A stretch of 59,841 bases of DNA, filler included, from Catajapyx aquilonaris (lineage: Eukaryota), in the NCBI GenBank assembly GCA_000934665.2. It is 2 parts of 2 records of this genome, joined end to end, with 100 filler letters (N's around TTAATTAATTAA, not from the genome) between each part and the next. Parts side by side here need not be neighbours in the genome. Positions count along the whole stretch, not along the records: positions 1 to 29,873 come from JYFJ02004729.1; positions 29,974 to 59,841 come from KZ539203.1. One strand, 5' to 3'. Positions 22,052 through 32,530 of the stretch are shown piece after piece. A program made the translations under genes and the position numbers. A model generated the notes under the pieces. That model was not told the origin of the DNA. It ran no database searches and was given only the letters and a program-made list of their open reading frames with translations. The first letter of the stretch is position 1, and each line of letters begins with the position of its first letter.

Positions 22052-25000
22052 ATGTCTGCTGATCAAGATAAGGATGGTAATACGCCAGTCCACTTGGCAG
22101 CTGCAAATGGAAGGAAGGACATCCTAGAGAACCTGCTGCTGTCCAACGCAACAACCTATTACGAAGCTCTGTGGACTCAAAACAATGCAGGAAGAACGCC
22201 GCTGCATCTAGGCGCAATAAGTGGCAATTGCGACCTTCTGGATTTGTGGGAGGAATGTCCCCGTCCTTCCGTCATGCCCAGGATATATCGGTGGTTGGAG
22301 GGCTGGTCCGGCATTACTCTGCATCGTCTCACTACCCACGAAGAAGACCTTGCGTCTGGTTTGGCAAACTGGAGGGAGGAAAAGGAGAAATGTGAAAAGG
22401 AAATGAGACTCCTAGCCGAAAATGATGATATATATACTGAATTGAAAATCTCCAGAGACAATGCCATGGAGTCAATTCGTAGCGTGTGGTATGAAGCCAA
22501 AGACTTGGAAGGAAACACTGCTCTTCATTTGGCAGTCAGACACGCTCAGATGGATATGGCGGAAGAGCTGTTGTCAAGAGGCATCAACGACACTCCAAAT
22601 AAGCATGGCGACCGGGCCTTGCACGTGGCTGTCGCTGAAGGACACTTTGACCTCGTGGAGAGATTGTTGGATTTCCAGGTTGACTCTGACTACCAGTACT
22701 GTCATAATGCTCGTAATGGAGACGGATGCACCCCTCTGCATATTGCAGCTCGATCAGGGAGGAGGGACATGGTGGAAGTCCTTTTAAGCCAGAAATATGT
22801 CATGATAAACGCAAAGAACTGGAAGGGAGCAACCCCACTTCAAGAAGCAGTGGTAAACGGGCACGAAGCTGTCACCAAAATGCTCATTCAGCACTGGGGG
22901 GATTTGCAGTGCAGAGTGGACGGTGTCTCAACTGGAGATCTCATCAGGAAAGAGTTTCCGGACCTGCTAGATTCTATCACACAACACAATTTGGAAAGGC
23001 TGAGTCCACCAAATGACTTGACTGCAGCGCTTTTTACAGAAAGGCTCGACATACTAAAAGAAAAACTGAGAAATCGACTACCAGAGCGAGATAATTCCAA
23101 CCAATACCTTCTTGAACGGGCATCGGTCCTTGGACTAGAAACTTGTGTTGAGGAACTTCGCAGCAACGCAGTAAATAATATGCAAACTCTTTACAACAGG
23201 GGCAACAAATGGTTGATTCAAGCAGCATTGTGGGGACGATTTGACATTTTGATGAGGTACAAAACCAGTCTGAAAGATTTGAGCACTACCAGGAAAAATG
23301 AAGGTGTGCTTCATCTTCTAGCTCGGGGACTTGACATTATGAAGACAGATGTTGTTGCGTGTTGTTCTCAGGCCAACGAAAACTGTCAGACCCAAAGGTA
23401 TGACGCCTGCATCGTTGAATTGCTGAGATATTTCGAGTCAAACAAATCCTCGAAAGACTTGATCAACTCTGAAAACACTGACGGAAGGACGCCCTTGTAC
23501 TACTGTATCACAAACAGAAGTGAAGATACCACTGTTGAGATGCTCTTGCACGGGGCAGATCCATGGAGACTAGACAAGGACACAGGCCAGCCATTGATAA
23601 ATAACATTTCAGAATCAACTCTGAAGAAATATTTCGACAGATGTATTACATTGAGATCGAAATCCGGCTACAATAACCTGAAAGTCTGTGTTGACTACCA
23701 GTTAATGAGGCCAAGAAGAAATGATACCGAATTCGAGATGCTAGAATATTTCAGCCAGACAGAGAAGCACATGCCTCTCCTGAACCATCCCGTTCTCCTA
23801 ACGTTCCTCTACTTCAAGTGGAAAAGTGTTGAGTGGTTGTTCTGGCTTAATTTTATCTTGTATTTGATATTTGTCATGTTGTGGACCTTTAACGTGACTC
23901 TGCCGTCGTCTTCGTCGGACAACGAGCATTTTGTAAAAATACATACCATTTGGTGGTGGGTTATGTCCTTTTTGTGGGTTTATATATCCCTCAGAGAATT
24001 TTTGCAAATGTTGAGAGATATTAAGAAGCATTTTTTTCAACTGGAAAATATAATTGAATTTGTTATTATTGTAACATATCCCGCGACATTTTTTGACTTG
24101 TCATTGCCTTTTTGGTTGATGTATGAAAGCCAAGTATTAGCCACACTCTTGATTTGGCTGGAACTTGCCCTCATGATTGGTAGGATCCCATTCAAGACAT
24201 GCATTATCGTTAAAATGTTTTGCTGCGTAACAAAAAAATACGCCGAGGGTTTCGTGGCATTTGTCTTCTTGATTGCAGGTTTTTGGTTCACATTCATACT
24301 CCTGGACCGTTTGCATCCTAAACCAGGCTTTTTACCTGGCGGGTCAATGTTTTCGAGTGTAAATGGGTCACTTCCACTGATGGCTTCGCTCATTCAAGGG
24401 GGAATTGACATTGAAGACTTACCGTTTTCGTACATGACGATGTTTGGCCAGGGAATGTACATATCCTTCTTTGTATTGGTTGTTATAGTACTCATGAATC
24501 TTCTTAATGCCATAGCTTTCAACGAAACCCAGACTATTGCTGAGAAGGCAGAATTGCACAGCAAGCTATCAATGATTGAACTAATTTGTCACATTGAATC
24601 CATCCTTTGCTCCTGGAGCTCTCCTAGATATCCCTCGTCAAGCCTATCAAGATATACAAAGAAGTTTTCAAAGATATTAGAGTGGCTGAGGCACATGGTA
24701 TCCATCTCTCCCAAATTACAAGGAGATGTGGTGGTTGATTTGTTCACAGGAACGGTAGTGCGTGAACTGGCAGATGGAAAAGAAAGTAAATTTAAATGGA
24801 ATCTGCCCCGTGACAAATTGGAACCCCTGAAGGAATGGGTGAATCGCCATAAAGTAACAAGTGATTACATGGGTGTGAGCACTGGTGTATCAGAGGGGGA
24901 TAACAATAAAAGGAAATTTCAGGAATTGAAGATTTTAATGGAGCATGTGAAGGATAATTTTGAAAAAGAGACCACGGCAATGAAAGTAGACATGCAGAAA

Positions 25001-25141
25001 CTTTGTGAAAATTTGTACAATATCCAGAGTGATTTGCGAAATCTACAAGAGAATATGGAGGATTTAAGAGAAGATGTCAATACCATTATTGAAAATATAT
25101 TTTATGACAGGTTTGCCCGAAGTCCAAGATTAAGTTATTAG
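22052..25141 (+). CDS. TRPA-family cation channel, Painless-like paralog 2 (1029 aa, single coding exon, N-terminally shortened)
   Basis: Collinear with paralog 1 from its residue ~256. Ankyrin repeats, LLNHPVLLTFLYFKW, 6 TM, IVLMNLLNAIAFNETQTIAEKAEL (Painless-like S6/TRP box) and a C-terminal coiled coil. AATAAA at ~25172. Confidence 0.9.
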   Translation: MSADQDKDGNTPVHLAAANGRKDILENLLLSNATTYYEALWTQNNAGRTPLHLGAISGNCDLLDLWEECPRPSVMPRIYRWLEGWSGITLHRLTTHEEDLASGLANWREEKEKCEKEMRLLAENDDIYTELKISRDNAMESIRSVWYEAKDLEGNTALHLAVRHAQMDMAEELLSRGINDTPNKHGDRALHVAVAEGHFDLVERLLDFQVDSDYQYCHNARNGDGCTPLHIAARSGRRDMVEVLLSQKYVMINAKNWKGATPLQEAVVNGHEAVTKMLIQHWGDLQCRVDGVSTGDLIRKEFPDLLDSITQHNLERLSPPNDLTAALFTERLDILKEKLRNRLPERDNSNQYLLERASVLGLETCVEELRSNAVNNMQTLYNRGNKWLIQAALWGRFDILMRYKTSLKDLSTTRKNEGVLHLLARGLDIMKTDVVACCSQANENCQTQRYDACIVELLRYFESNKSSKDLINSENTDGRTPLYYCITNRSEDTTVEMLLHGADPWRLDKDTGQPLINNISESTLKKYFDRCITLRSKSGYNNLKVCVDYQLMRPRRNDTEFEMLEYFSQTEKHMPLLNHPVLLTFLYFKWKSVEWLFWLNFILYLIFVMLWTFNVTLPSSSSDNEHFVKIHTIWWWVMSFLWVYISLREFLQMLRDIKKHFFQLENIIEFVIIVTYPATFFDLSLPFWLMYESQVLATLLIWLELALMIGRIPFKTCIIVKMFCCVTKKYAEGFVAFVFLIAGFWFTFILLDRLHPKPGFLPGGSMFSSVNGSLPLMASLIQGGIDIEDLPFSYMTMFGQGMYISFFVLVVIVLMNLLNAIAFNETQTIAEKAELHSKLSMIELICHIESILCSWSSPRYPSSSLSRYTKKFSKILEWLRHMVSISPKLQGDVVVDLFTGTVVRELADGKESKFKWNLPRDKLEPLKEWVNRHKVTSDYMGVSTGVSEGDNNKRKFQELKILMEHVKDNFEKETTAMKVDMQKLCENLYNIQSDLRNLQENMEDLREDVNTIIENIFYDRFARSPRLSY

Positions 25142-25349
25142 ATTAGGGGTGATAAATAGAGCCAAAATGTCAATAAAATTCAATTCAACACTTATCTACA
25201 CGGAATCCTTACACACCTCTATACCACCTATAACTCTCCGCGCGTGTGCAATAGTTTAATTAGTTTTATTCCACAGTGCCATCCAGCAGGATCCATCCAA
25301 GAAGAATGGCCAGCACCTTTGTCCATCAATAGCCATAGGCAACTCTAAT

Positions 25350-26325
25350 TATATTCTGCAGGAAACGTTTAGGTCAACTGTGGTAGAAAAGGGGATTGAA
25401 AATCCAGCAGAATCTCGATGTCCTCCCAGCCTTTTTATTTGTTTCTGCAGGTTTTTGATGAGTTTTTACATCAGTTTTTGTAACGAATCCGGATTGTTAA
25501 GTAACAATACACTAAACTGGTCCTCGTTCCTGAAACAAACAGAGGCTGTATCTAGTCTTATGCTGGGTCAGAATGGCCTTGATGACATACCGTTTGGAAA
25601 TGAGTTTTGGATCAGTCTGGTGATTTACTTTGTGTTTTTGTTCGCTGTCGGATTGGTGTTTATGAACTTTCTGAACGCCCTGGCTGTGAGTGATATACAG
25701 GGATTGGCAGATGAAGCTGAGTTGTACTACAGGAGGTCGTTCATTGAAGTGATATGTCACTTTGAATCTCTGTTTTGGCCCAGGACGTTCACTAAGGCAA
25801 GGTATGATCATTATGGGGTTTATCGTAAAGATAACTGATGCACACTTCATTTCAGCACAGGAATGTCATCATTATCTGTAGTACAGAGCTTGGAGAACAA
25901 AGTGAAGAGACGTCTGAGTCTGTTTGGGTACATGCATTCATGGAGGTTAATGAAGGGCAATACCCTGGTCTTGCATGGGGATGTCATGATCGTGGATTTG
26001 ACCAGCGGAAAGGTCCAGTTTGAAGGACTCGGTCGTGACATGGGATGGCAGCTGTCCTTGAAGTGCGTGGAGTCCATCAGGAGGTGCCTGCAACGCCAGA
26101 GGAGAGACGTGCACATTGGTGACAAGACTTATGATGTCACTTCAGAGCGGTTTGAAGTAGAGGAAACATATGAGGAACATGACTGATCGTTGTGGAATGG
26201 TGAAGAATATGGGAGGGTCACAGAGACTGGCAAAGTTGGAAGCTTCGGTGCATCGTTTGAACGAAGGTTTTATTGGACTAAGAGAACAACTGGACACGTT
26301 GGTAGATTTACTAAAACAACAATAA
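25350..26325 (+). pseudogene. 5'-truncated, frameshifted TRPA paralog (S5, pore, S6, TRP box, C-terminus)
   Basis: AFLFVSAGF/LMSFYISF..LMLGQNGLDDIPF..FMNFLNALAVSDIQGLADEAEL..IEVICHFESLF..LHGDVMIVDL. Frameshifts near 25455, 25800-25860 and 26160. Confidence 0.85.
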
Positions 26326-26929
26326 AAAGTGGATTCACATTTTATTACTTAATGTCGATGTGATAAATGAAATAAATGAACAAATATTAGTGTTCTCTTA
26401 CTTTTAATGGGTGAACATTGTCCCTGAGACATTCAGATAATGGATATGTAGACTACGTATATATGATTAGATCATGCGAAACTTCAGTGCTGCCTGATTC
26501 GCAACTATGTGTCACTGTGGGGTGTAACTGCAGGACATCATAGGTGAGTTACTATTTCAAACTCTCTTTCATACCACTGACATATGCAAATTTGTCCAAA
26601 TTTTATTTTGCAAGTAAACATGCAGTCTTATTTAATAATAAGTGTCCATCTGTATATTGTCGGCCATGACATAGATATAATGATGCTTTTACGACTCGGT
26701 TCAATCAAGAGGGAACTTAATATTTTTCCAAACTCAAAAACTATACTTGCATTGGACTCGATCAGATTCGTTTTACAGTAAAATCAGTTCTGAAGAGGCT
26801 TCTGTTATGTGCAAAAAAAATCATCATGCAAACAACTATAGTAATTATTATTATTGTGGTAATTCAGAGAAACGATAAGACTATTGTAATAATCATAACA
26901 AGGGCCGGCGACATTGTTTGGCACCGGAC

Positions 26930-27015
26930 CTTGTTATGATTATTACAATAGTCTTATCGTTTCGCTTCTCACTGCCTTCCTGGCTGATAAATGAAAGCCA
27001 ATCAATATTGACATT
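26930..27015 (+). pseudogene. Short TRPA S3-S4 fragment
   Basis: VMIITIVLSFRFSLPSWLINESQSILTF aligns with VIIVTYPATFFDLSLPFWLMYESQVLATL of paralog 2. Confidence 0.6.
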
Positions 27016-27649
27016 TTCTTCAGCGGAAATGACGGATCTCTATTTGCCCCATCGTATAGCAATGTCTCTGAAAGGGTTTAAGAAAATTTTACAAGCGTCA
27101 GCTTGGTGTGTGACCTTCGATCTTGCAAGTTCAGATATCAGAAAATATCGGGATTTTTTTCCGGTGGTTCTTCGGTGTTAGCGGTCAACGGTGCTCTTGG
27201 GCTGAAATTTTCGTTTCCTTTGAGTGCTCTAAGTATCATGTGGGTACATTGTCTTGTTGTTTTTTTGACATGTTTTTGTTACAGTAAAATTGATAAAATG
27301 CTGGGAGTTAACTCCATACTATCTCATCTGGCTTGGATTTGAAGGAACTGTGTATGAATAATCACACGTTGTCCTTTATCAGCTGTAGACTAAGAACTGG
27401 ATTGACCTACTGCTCTCGCTTAGAAATTATCCAGCTTTGCTGACACACTCTTGGCGAGATTAGAAAACCTTATATGGACTGTAGTGAGGTCAAGGCTATC
27501 TAAATCACTTGATAAGACCTAGAATCCTGTGAAACGCTTTCCTTGACTTACCAGTCGTTATTCCCTGTTTCCACTATGCTGAGTAATAACAGACGTAACA
27601 AAGTAATATTAGTTTAGCTCGAAATTGATATCACTTTTGTTACCCGTAG

Positions 27650-27721
27650 GTTGTGAAAAGCGCTGAAATGTAGAAGAAATATCCGACGCTACGTGACGTC
27701 AAAGACGCATCATAACTGTAG
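27650..27721 (+). other. Second copy of candidate 5' exon A
   Basis: TGATATCACTTTTGTTACCCGTAG|GTTGTGAAAAG...CATAACTGTAG|GTAAGT, homologous to 3960-4057. Confidence 0.5.
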
Positions 27722-28984
27722 GTAAGTGGAGGCGAAACGGCACATTTTGCGTTGGGTTTACTAGATTTTGCAAGTGACGAAATTTGGTGAAAAAATGTAT
27801 CGTATCTGATTCTTTAAAATGCAATATCACAGGCCATATTCATATTTTAGTGTTGAATTTACTCCAGATGGGGTGAATGCAACACCGGAACTTGATATGC
27901 AAGCAACATACGTAATTTTATCTCGAACAGATTTAATAGCACTTTTAAGTTAAATTTAGTGAAGTCAAATCATATTTTGTACATGACTTTAAAAATATAA
28001 ATAAAAATTTATGTGCCAACATCATCAGTCAAAATAGCCGTTTAAAAAGCCATATATAAGTTATACAAAATAATATGATTGGAATTCACTACATTTAACC
28101 AAAAAGTGCTATAAAATGACTTCTGATTATAGATAAATAATTACAATGCTTGTTGAATTTTTACATTTTTACATAACATTAAAATTACTCAGTGACCAGG
28201 CAACTATCACCAGCCAGTTGCCAGGACACTACAAAATGCAATAAAATATTATTATGAAATGTTTTGTCGAAGAACCGTTTGACAATATTGTATGAAAATT
28301 TTTATAATCTGGGTCATTACATGCCAAAACGGACAAGATGATGGGGGTACCATCTCTGAGTTTAATATTTAAAAAGTCATGTGGACACACACACACACAT
28401 GAATTGTTGCAACAAAATATATTAGGGAACCCAGGTGAAAATCAAATGAAGATAACATGGCAGCATCTTTCGGCAACAATGGAGCCAGACGTACAATTTA
28501 TTTCAAGTGAAGTTATTGTTATTACGCCATGATTAAGGAACTGATTTCTATGTTCTAAAAAAACCCTCAAATAGGGAGGCATTTAGGCCCTGAAAACAGT
28601 CAAAATAGGCTCTTAAATATGCACTATAAATCAAGCTGGTTCTAATTTATTTTAATTTCTACACAAAGTTTTTATTATCTATGTTCATAGCGAGAATACA
28701 ACAACGTTGATTAATCGCAGTTACACTGCGACAGTTAAGATCCTCCCTCACGGGGAGCCAATATGGCCGACGGAATTTTCGGATAGAATGGCCGGATAGG
28801 GCCGAATGTAGCAGCTTTTTAACGGCTATTAATAGCCGTTCTGTCAAGTCGCAATAAACGGCATATTACACGGGATCCTACACATCAACCGCTTCTTCGC
28901 TCGTCAAAGGTTGAAGTGGGAGGGATTCCTTGAACGGAAAACCAGCAGAACTCTCGAAAATCTTACAAAACGGCGCGGCGGGCC

Positions 28985-29219
28985 CCTTGGGCCTCTTAGG
29001 GGATCATCTTTTGAATAACCGACTTTAATCATTTGCCTGTAATGTGATGGATTTTGATAGTGGGAGAAAACGGGAGAATCCCGAGAAAACCTACGCGAAC
29101 ACGGAGAGAACCCATCGAAACTCTATCCACATAAGTATCCTCCGTCCGATCCAGGGATCGAACTCGGGACCTAAGAGGTGGAAGGCTGCGGCGCTAACCC
29201 CTCCGCCACCGTATCGCCC
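28985..29219 (-). mobile_element. tRNA-derived SINE with V-domain-like core
   Basis: Minus-strand head GGGCGATACGGTGGCGGAGGGGTTAGCGC..GAGTTCGATCCC (A and B boxes). Core GTTCTCTCCGTGTTCGCGTAGGTTTTCTCGGGATTCTCCCGTTTTCTCCCAC. Confidence 0.7.
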
Positions 29220-29580
29220 ACTGGTTGTCACAACTATTCGGAGTTGGTTGAGGTTGATTTGGCTGTAGGAACCAATGCTGTTAGTTGGTTGTCACAACCA
29301 TTGATATTAGTCAACAACTGTGCTATCAGTTTGGGTGTCGCAACCATAGTAACTAGGTATCTTCGTGACGTCATAGAGATTCTCTGACTGCCAGTTGTAA
29401 CTGTTAGGTATTAGGTTACCTTAGCAAGGAAGTATGGTTGTCTCAACCAGAAAATAAATTGGAAGGGCAACTATTCAGTTTGGTTGTGACAACCAGATTG
29501 TTGGTTGCGCGAAATACAACCATGAAGTAAGGTTGTGGCAACCAGAAATTGGGTTGCACCTACCAACCTTTTTTTTCGTA
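29220..29580. mobile_element. CACTA-like MITE remnant with repeated palindromic GGTTGTNNCAACC motifs
   Basis: About 6-7 copies of GGTTGT(CA/CT/GA/GG)CAAC at irregular spacing, ending CCAACCTTTTTTTTCGT. Confidence 0.5.
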
Positions 29581-29873
29581 GACGTAAAAACCTAGACATC
29601 CGTTCTCTAGCCATGATCATTGAGTTACAACAATATTACTCCACATTAAATAAATACTAATAGTCCGGCTCCATTGTTGCCGAAAGACATTGCCATATCT
29701 CAGTGGCATAATTATTCATCATATTTTATTGTAGTGGGACAGCTTAATTATTATACTAGGACCCAGCATGTATAGCTATCCCTTACCAAAATTTGACATT
29801 GCCACGAGCTCGCAGTGAGGTCGTGTGGACCTTGCAACCTCGTATGGAGCTCGCAATCACATCGTGCCACCTC

Positions 29874-29973
29874 NNNNNNNNNNNNNNNNNNNNNNNNNNN
29901 NNNNNNNNNNNNNNNNNTTAATTAATTAANNNNNNNNNNNNNNNNNNNNNNNNNNNNNNNNNNNNNNNNNNNN
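29874..29973. other. Assembly gap containing an artificial-looking TTAATTAATTAA linker (29918-29929)
   Basis: N runs flank a 12-mer that encodes stops in all six frames. Confidence 0.9.
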
Positions 29974-31570
29974 TAGCAATTCCTCTCAGAAGACAATTAA
30001 AGATAAATGAAATCATTTTTTAACGCCACCACTCCAGGCATGGGGCTTGCTCCTTCCCTTCTTACCCGCTGGAGTGGTACCTTGCTATTCTAGATTTTAA
30101 AACTGAACTGCACAGTGAAAAGCCCACTTCCTTATGGGTGTATAGGTACAGGCACGTAAAGAAAAGTCACACCCATTCAGCTAAAAATGCCATTTTTCGG
30201 ATGTCCATTTAAATGGACATTTTGTCTCAGGAAGAGAAGAAAATGACCAGTTCTCTACAGCAACAAAGATTGTCACAGAATCATCTTTTCGCAGTTCCTA
30301 AGACACATTCCTTGCGAATCCCAGGACATTCACTGCATTGCGAAAATCGCATTCTAAATATGAGTAAAAAAATAAAACTTATCAGATGAGCGCCTAAGCT
30401 TCAGCAGCGGAATCCGCCATTTTGTCCGCGATTTAATTTTCGCGGCCCAAGCCAGATATTCGACGCTAGGTGGCTACAGCTATTGAGGCCAGATTGTAAC
30501 CATGGGATACCAGCCTATTACAGTTCTGTTGGCATCACTGGTTGGCGCCAAAAAATCTTTTGCTGATGTCGACATATGTCGACACCAGGTCTCAGGAGGA
30601 TATGGCAATAATATGTCGAAGTTGATAATATTATTTAATTCTAATGTTTGGTGGCATAACAACAAAAAGATGTGTATATGCAATTAAGTCGAAGAAGGTT
30701 GTCAAAAAATATTGGTTAATGTATCACTTGTATTATTTCGTCACATTTACACTCTTTGCATGTGATGTACTGTACACTCTGCATTGAAGTCCACATTTCC
30801 TTCCGCACAAGGGTATTTTTTTCCCTCTAAAATGCAAGATTGTTGTCTTATGCAAGAGCAAAATCCGATATTGTGTCATTCTCACTGTTGTGATATTATT
30901 GACATGTCATGAAATATTAATTATGTCGCGCCACTTTGCATGATATATTACACGTAAGCTACAGTCTTTAAGTTACAACCTCACTGACCTTGTTGCACGC
31001 ATGTCATAAAATGATGGCTGGGTAAGAACTCACAAAATATGCATGAATTGTTTTGAATAGTGCAAGCCATTTGGCACAGTATACATCTGTTTCTATCCCA
31101 CATAGGAGAGTAGAAGTGTCGGCGTACATTCATAGAAATGAAGAAAAAAAAGTGTAGGAAACATCCGCCATTTCTTCGGGCTATAGAGAGGAGAACGGAA
31201 GTCAGATTTCATTTCAAATCACTCCAAAGATAAGAATTTAATCCGGATGTTTTTTTTCCTCCATCTTCTTTTTCTTCTTCTTCTTTCAGTGACGCATAAT
31301 TTTATATCGGGAACTGTATAGTGCTCAATATTGACGTATGGTATTCAAGACAACGGTACAGTGTCTCACTCAGCTGTCTCCTGTATTGTTTTAGTTCTCC
31401 GATGTGGCTCTCCTCCAAAGGTGAATACTTTGTAAGGACGTGATAGAATCGGTTCTGGCCATTTACACCTTTGCACTCTTTCTTGGTAAATGGACATAAC
31501 CTATGCTTACATTCAGTGTGTGCAAGTGTATCGTAACGAGTGGTGGATTCACTGTGACAATAGCATATAA

Positions 31571-32207
31571 AGGGGTATATACGATACACTCGAGAGGTTT
31601 TAGTAATAGTTTTAGTCTTTTAAGGATCCCCCAATCGGCGTGGACAGCTCCGGTACTACGGATTGGAGGAGGCTTAAAGGGACACTCCACCCAAAATACA
31701 AGTTGGCCCGCAAAAATCGGGCAAAAAATCATGATTCCGAATGTGCAATCGGTTTTTTTCCTACGCCCAACGGTAACACGGAAAATAATATATCTACACA
31801 CGTCATCTGCTAAGAAGGGCGATACAACAGCATCTCGCGGCAAACCGTAGAAGTAGGGACGGTGCCGCGCCCAGGGTCACCTACATGAGTGCCTCCCCCA
31901 CCTAGACAGTTAGACAGTTAGGGTGGGGGAGGCAACCATGTAGGGGACCCTGGCCGCGACAGGCACCATCTCTAGTTCCGCCCGGTTCCACTTGGTGGCG
32001 TTGCCCACCGCCCCGCGCGCGGTTTTCGAACGACACACTTCCAGCTTTCACACTGGCCTTACCGTTCGTCTCTAAGAAAAACTGCTTATACCCTCGGAAT
32101 CAGGATTTTTTTGCCCGATTTTTAGAACCCAACTTGTATTTTGAGTGGAGTGTCCCTTTAAGACTGAGATTAAAACTTTTGCTAAAACCGCCCGAGTGTA
32201 AACCCCT
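31571..32207. mobile_element. Harbinger-like MITE hosting a nested element
   Basis: TAA|AGGGGT..TACACTCGAGAGGTTTTAG ... CTAAAACCGCCCGAGTGTAAACCCCT|TAA. Confidence 0.6.
31678..32157. mobile_element. Kolobok-type MITE (TTAA TSD, AGG..CCT ends)
   Basis: TTAA|AGGGACACTCCACCCAAAATACAAGTTGG ... CCAACTTGTATTTTGAGTGGAGTGTCCCT|TTAA. Confidence 0.8.
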
Positions 32208-32308
32208 TAAGTGTTGTGGAAAAGGTGAAATCTGCGAGTAAAATTACTTTAGAATTTCTAAATATATATTCAAGTAATATCTTTGATATCTAATATGTTA
32301 TGATATCC

Positions 32309-32530
32309 CAGTGGCGTAGGCAGGAAATGTTTGAAATAGCATTAGAAATTACTAATTCATGATTTTTTGGAACAAGTGCTGTCAATTTCATCAAATACAC
32401 ACCCATTCAAATCTCCCACATTCACCTAAGCTCGTGTGATCTTGAACCCAAAAAGTTTCAACGGCTTGTTCCCCTAGTTCTTATGAACCCCCCCCCCCTC
32501 CCCCCCGAAATTTCTCTGCCTACGCGCCTG
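32309..32530. mobile_element. hAT-like MITE
   Basis: CAGTGGCGTAGGCAG ... CTGCCTACGCGCCTG with a poly-C tract near the right end. TSD imperfect. Confidence 0.65.

Larger units (their letters stand above)
28457..29700. mobile_element. TIR element containing nested insertions
   Basis: ATGGCAGCATCTTTCGGCAACAATGGAGCCAGAC (~28458-28490) is inverted as GTCCGGCTCCATTGTTGCCGAAAGACATTGCCAT (~29663-29696). Confidence 0.55.

Noticed and set aside
7575..25000. Antisense and alternative-frame ORFs overlapping the TRPA and RepHel sequences
   Set aside because: Shadow ORFs with no independent motifs.
25380..25838. 152-aa stand-alone pore-only channel or spliced exon (acceptor-like TTCTGCAG at 25450)
   Set aside because: Homology to S5 continues upstream in another frame (AFLFVSAGF), so this is a frameshift. 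Further frameshifts follow.
29220..29570. Repeated GGTTGTNNCAACC motifs resembling a CRISPR array
   Set aside because: The repeats are ~13 bp, degenerate and irregularly spaced, there are no cas genes and the context is eukaryotic. They fit transposon subterminal repeats.
29918..29929. Palindromic TTAATTAATTAA island
   Set aside because: It sits between N runs and encodes stops in six frames, so it is most likely a scaffolding linker rather than biology.
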